From contig JAHQWJ010000062.1 of NCBI GenBank assembly GCA_029856125.1, forward strand, positions 96,001 to 160,000: DNA of 64,000 nucleotides, given 5' to 3'. Each line of letters starts with the position of its first letter. Within the stretch, counting starts at the first letter, position 1. Origin of the DNA: Promethearchaeia archaeon. GTDB taxonomy: Archaea; Asgardarchaeota; Lokiarchaeia; Sigyniarchaeales; SOKP01. Made by a program: the position numbers and the translations under genes. Below are positions 60,808 to 64,000 of this stretch, piece after piece. The notes below the pieces were generated by a model. It ran no database searches. It had not been told where the DNA came from and saw nothing but the letters and a program-made list of their open reading frames with translations.

Positions 60808-61030
60808 TGGTAATTGTGCAAATAATAATTAAAAACATAACTTACGAAACTAAATTGTGTAATATTTGCATGTAAAAAAATTTTCCTACTCTCAAACGCT
60901 CTATAGAGATTTACAAAAAAGTCGAATAACTTGTACTTTTTGCATTATATATTCCTAAAAAGCGATCTAAAATCTGTTAGGAGTATTTGAAAAGAAATTA
61001 AATAAGAACTCTTCTTTCCGAAAAGCAAAT

Positions 61031-62407
61031 TTATATTTCTTCTCTGAGTTTTTGGATTTTTTTTTTTAATTTTTTTATTCTGGGATCCGCGACACTGTAC
61101 ACTTTGAATTCGTCGAGAATTTTTAACGCATGCTGATAATAATTGATGCTATTGAAAACATCGCCGTCTTTCTCAGCGGTTTCTGCTTTTTCTAGATTAA
61201 AATCAAGCTCGATGTATTTGGATTTACTCTCGATGTTAAAAATCTTAAGTGATATCTTCGCTATCTCACCTTTAAAGTTTAGTTCTTTAGCAATTAATAA
61301 TGCTCTATTGTATTCATTTAAGGTTATCTGAAATTTAGAATCTTTTGCTGCAGCTCGAGCTTTTTTCTTAGTCTCTTTTATCCATCTACGTGCTGAAAAT
61401 TCGTCCATAGTTTTTAACTGTTCTTTTAAATCCTCCAAATCAATATTATTATTAATGATTGGTGAAATTAAACTCGATTTTATCATTTTATCGTGATCTG
61501 CGGTCTGACCTGATTCGATGGTATTTGCAATTGTTTCTATAGACGTTGGAGATATGATTTTACGCTCTAGTAGCTGATAAATTTCATAAAGAATAACTTC
61601 ATCCTCAATATCAGCAATATTTTTTAGTCTGATGAGCATGTTATTTATGAAAAAAAAGGTTTTTATGGTTAGCATTTCTTTTGCGAGGTTGTATATAGCC
61701 TTCTGAACTAAATTTCCTTTTACTTTATCTAATTCATATGGGGGTATCGAGCGAGCTAACGTCATTGGAAACATAAGGTAAATGTTAAAAAACTCAACGA
61801 TGTAATCGATCTTATCTTGAAAACCAAAATGAACACCTTTCTCTTGAAACTTTATAAGTTCCTCTTTAAATTGTGGTTCAAAACTTTCTAAGAACTGAAA
61901 CACTTGATTTCTTAGTTTAATGGATGCTTTATGATCTAGAATTAAACAAACTCTGATAATATCTCCATCTTTGAGTAAAATATTAAACTTCTTATACTGA
62001 AATTCGTAGAATTGATACTCGAACGAAGGGACGACGTTTTTATTCGATACTTCGCTAGATTCTGAAAAAGTTATGTTAGCTTGAATAAATCCGCTCAGTA
62101 AATTCTCATCAATATCGACACCTGAGACTGCGTAATTTAATAAAGTTAGCCCTGAACCCTTATCCATTAAGAGAATATGTTTGATATTTAAAACATCCAA
62201 AAATTTCTTCCAAATGGTTTCTCTTTCTAATTTAAGCTGTTTATCGACAGAATCAATTTTAATAACCTCTGCTGTTGCGTCAAATTCGAAACCTAAATCC
62301 ATTAATCGCCTTTTAATACATTCACTACAAGATTGCGCTTTCTGTGGGCAATTATCCTTAGTTTGTCCGCAATTATATCCTAAACCATTAATCTTGAAAT
62401 ATACCAT
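61031..62407 (-). CDS. Cys-rich N-terminus, longin-like domain and helical-repeat C-terminus protein
   Basis: C..C..CSEC; LLMDKGSGLTL..DENLLSGFIQA..F; TPR-like YQHALKI. Confidence 0.6.
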   Translation of the reverse strand: MVYFKINGLGYNCGQTKDNCPQKAQSCSECIKRRLMDLGFEFDATAEVIKIDSVDKQLKLERETIWKKFLDVLNIKHILLMDKGSGLTLLNYAVSGVDIDENLLSGFIQANITFSESSEVSNKNVVPSFEYQFYEFQYKKFNILLKDGDIIRVCLILDHKASIKLRNQVFQFLESFEPQFKEELIKFQEKGVHFGFQDKIDYIVEFFNIYLMFPMTLARSIPPYELDKVKGNLVQKAIYNLAKEMLTIKTFFFINNMLIRLKNIADIEDEVILYEIYQLLERKIISPTSIETIANTIESGQTADHDKMIKSSLISPIINNNIDLEDLKEQLKTMDEFSARRWIKETKKKARAAAKDSKFQITLNEYNRALLIAKELNFKGEIAKISLKIFNIESKSKYIELDFNLEKAETAEKDGDVFNSINYYQHALKILDEFKVYSVADPRIKKLKKKIQKLREEI

Positions 62408-62605
62408 AAAAAATTAGATCCTAAACGAGTATTTGAATTACAGAATAGTTTTTTGCATAGAAAAAACTTCTTGTTTCATAAATAATGCAAATTCTTGTTC
62501 TTAAAATTAAGTTTTAAATTAATTAAAAAAGAAAAGGGTTTATAAAATCAATTTACAAAATAGTTTAGATTAAATTGTTATTTTAAAATACATTGAAAAT
62601 GTGAT

Positions 62606-63424
62606 TTGAAGATGGAAGTTAAAAGGAAAAAATTTCTATACAGCATTCTTACAGTAAATCTTGCTTTAGTCGCTGTGTTCGTATTGTTGTTTTCATTCTA
62701 TGGTCCAATTTTGGCTGCCACTATATTTGAAAACGAGATTGGTTTAATTGCGATAACGAGTAGAATTTTAATTTTGGGCATTATGTCATTCTTTCTCTTT
62801 CGTAAGTGGTTAAGACAGGAAGCCGTTTATATTTCAGATGCTTACTTTTTATTTGGATCGTTTTTTGGAATGTTAACCTGGGCAAAAGTTTACGATATTT
62901 TCTATAATCCTGCAATAGTTTCAGGCGCGTTTGAAACGGGATTCATTTTATTGTTGGTAAAAATTAGGTTTTTTATTATAATCGCAAATTTAATGCCAAT
63001 ATTGTATATTGGTTTAGATGCGATTCTCGTATACGTTAATATGAACATGAATAAAGAGATGAAGAAGAAGCAATTCAATAAGCTGAGGATAAGGATTATT
63101 CTAATCTTTGTGTTGATAACCATATCGGTAATAATTTTAGCTCCAACCTTAGATTTCCTTATTCTAGTTTTTCCATTCATAACAATTGCTACTTATGTTG
63201 GCATTGCGTTTATGTTTTTATTTATGTACAAAAATAAACGACTCTCTCAAGCAAACGGGTTAATAATTGGAATTGCGTTTATCTGCTTTATAGCTTCAAG
63301 TTTAATCAGGACGATTCTCACATCTACTAATCTTTATTATGGCACAATCGCTGAAATTATCGATATAGGAGTAAACTTGCTTATGTTTATAGGATTCATA
63401 ACGAAACCTAAATATGCGAGATGA
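62606..63424 (+). CDS. Multi-pass membrane protein
   Basis: About 8 hydrophobic segments. Confidence 0.7.
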   Translation: MKMEVKRKKFLYSILTVNLALVAVFVLLFSFYGPILAATIFENEIGLIAITSRILILGIMSFFLFRKWLRQEAVYISDAYFLFGSFFGMLTWAKVYDIFYNPAIVSGAFETGFILLLVKIRFFIIIANLMPILYIGLDAILVYVNMNMNKEMKKKQFNKLRIRIILIFVLITISVIILAPTLDFLILVFPFITIATYVGIAFMFLFMYKNKRLSQANGLIIGIAFICFIASSLIRTILTSTNLYYGTIAEIIDIGVNLLMFIGFITKPKYAR

Positions 63425-63576
63425 CTGTGTTTTTTACTATCTAAAGAGAAGTATCCCTAAATGCTTTTTTATAACTAAATTTTTTTTCTTGATTTTTATT
63501 AGAATTTTTGAATAATTTTCGAGCTTTAAAAAGATTAAATTAGAAATATAAGTAGTTAAACCATTTGGTGGTGTTA

Positions 63577-64000
63577 ATGAAAATATATAAAAATTGGAAA
63601 ATATTTGCTTCACTGTTCATAATATTCGGTCCCGCTCAATATATTATTTTGACCGCAGTAGCTATGCTGTTTTACGCCGGGGGAACCCTTATCAATCCTT
63701 TTAGTCCAGGGTACTATTTTTGGGGTAATTTTTTTAGCGATTTAGGTCGAATCATCGCACTTTCAGGTGCTCCGAACAATATTTCTTTCGTAATATTTAC
63801 GATTACTGCCTTAATTCTAAGTATCTCGTTTATACCTTTCGCTTTTGCAATAACTTCGTTTTTCAAGGGTGATAGAAAGTTATATCTAATAGTAAGAGTT
63901 GGCTCGTTAGTTTGTCTTAGTTCAATAATTTTTCTGATCGGTACGATACTTACTCCATGGGATATATTTGCAAATACTCATTTAATTTTCGCCAATTTGT
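63577..64000 (+). CDS. Membrane protein, DUF998-like (3' truncated by the window edge)
   Basis: ATG 63577; MLFYAGG...GY.FWGNFFSDLGR; open to the window end. Confidence 0.6.
   Translation, partial: MKIYKNWKIFASLFIIFGPAQYIILTAVAMLFYAGGTLINPFSPGYYFWGNFFSDLGRIIALSGAPNNISFVIFTITALILSISFIPFAFAITSFFKGDRKLYLIVRVGSLVCLSSIIFLIGTILTPWDIFANTHLIFANL

Noticed and set aside
254-63180. Many short antisense ORFs in the track (e.g. 497..835, 13817..14320, 30509..30991, 47453..47875)
   Set aside because: They are shadows of well-supported genes on the opposite strand.

Overview
AT-rich archaeal chromosomal window, most consistent with an Asgard archaeon of the Lokiarchaeia type. The basis is an archaeal core (cdc6, PolD DP1/DP2, rpoH-rpoB, TFE, MBF1, PAN, NAC, cbf5, carS, pelota, rtcB and archease) alongside four small GTPases, roadblock and longin-like proteins. 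Three tRNAs are present: Leu(GAG), Thr(CGT) with a 37/38 intron, and Lys(TTT) with a non-canonical T-loop 59/60 intron. The main observation is that elf1 (10636..11247) is split inside its first CxxC zinc knuckle by a 30-nt stop-containing insertion (10711..10740). This insertion folds with the exons into a relaxed bulge-helix-bulge (BHB) whose predicted cuts restore CPNCG exactly, so it is a candidate tRNA-type intron in an mRNA. Other candidates are an actin/membrane module (BAR-like, polyproline and an unannotated 50-aa WH2-like protein), an 8-gene operon (AAA ATPase, degenerate SMC-like, KITE-like), and apparent ATC start codons. No CRISPR array, rRNA or transposase was seen. All calls come from reading the sequence by eye, and no searches were run.
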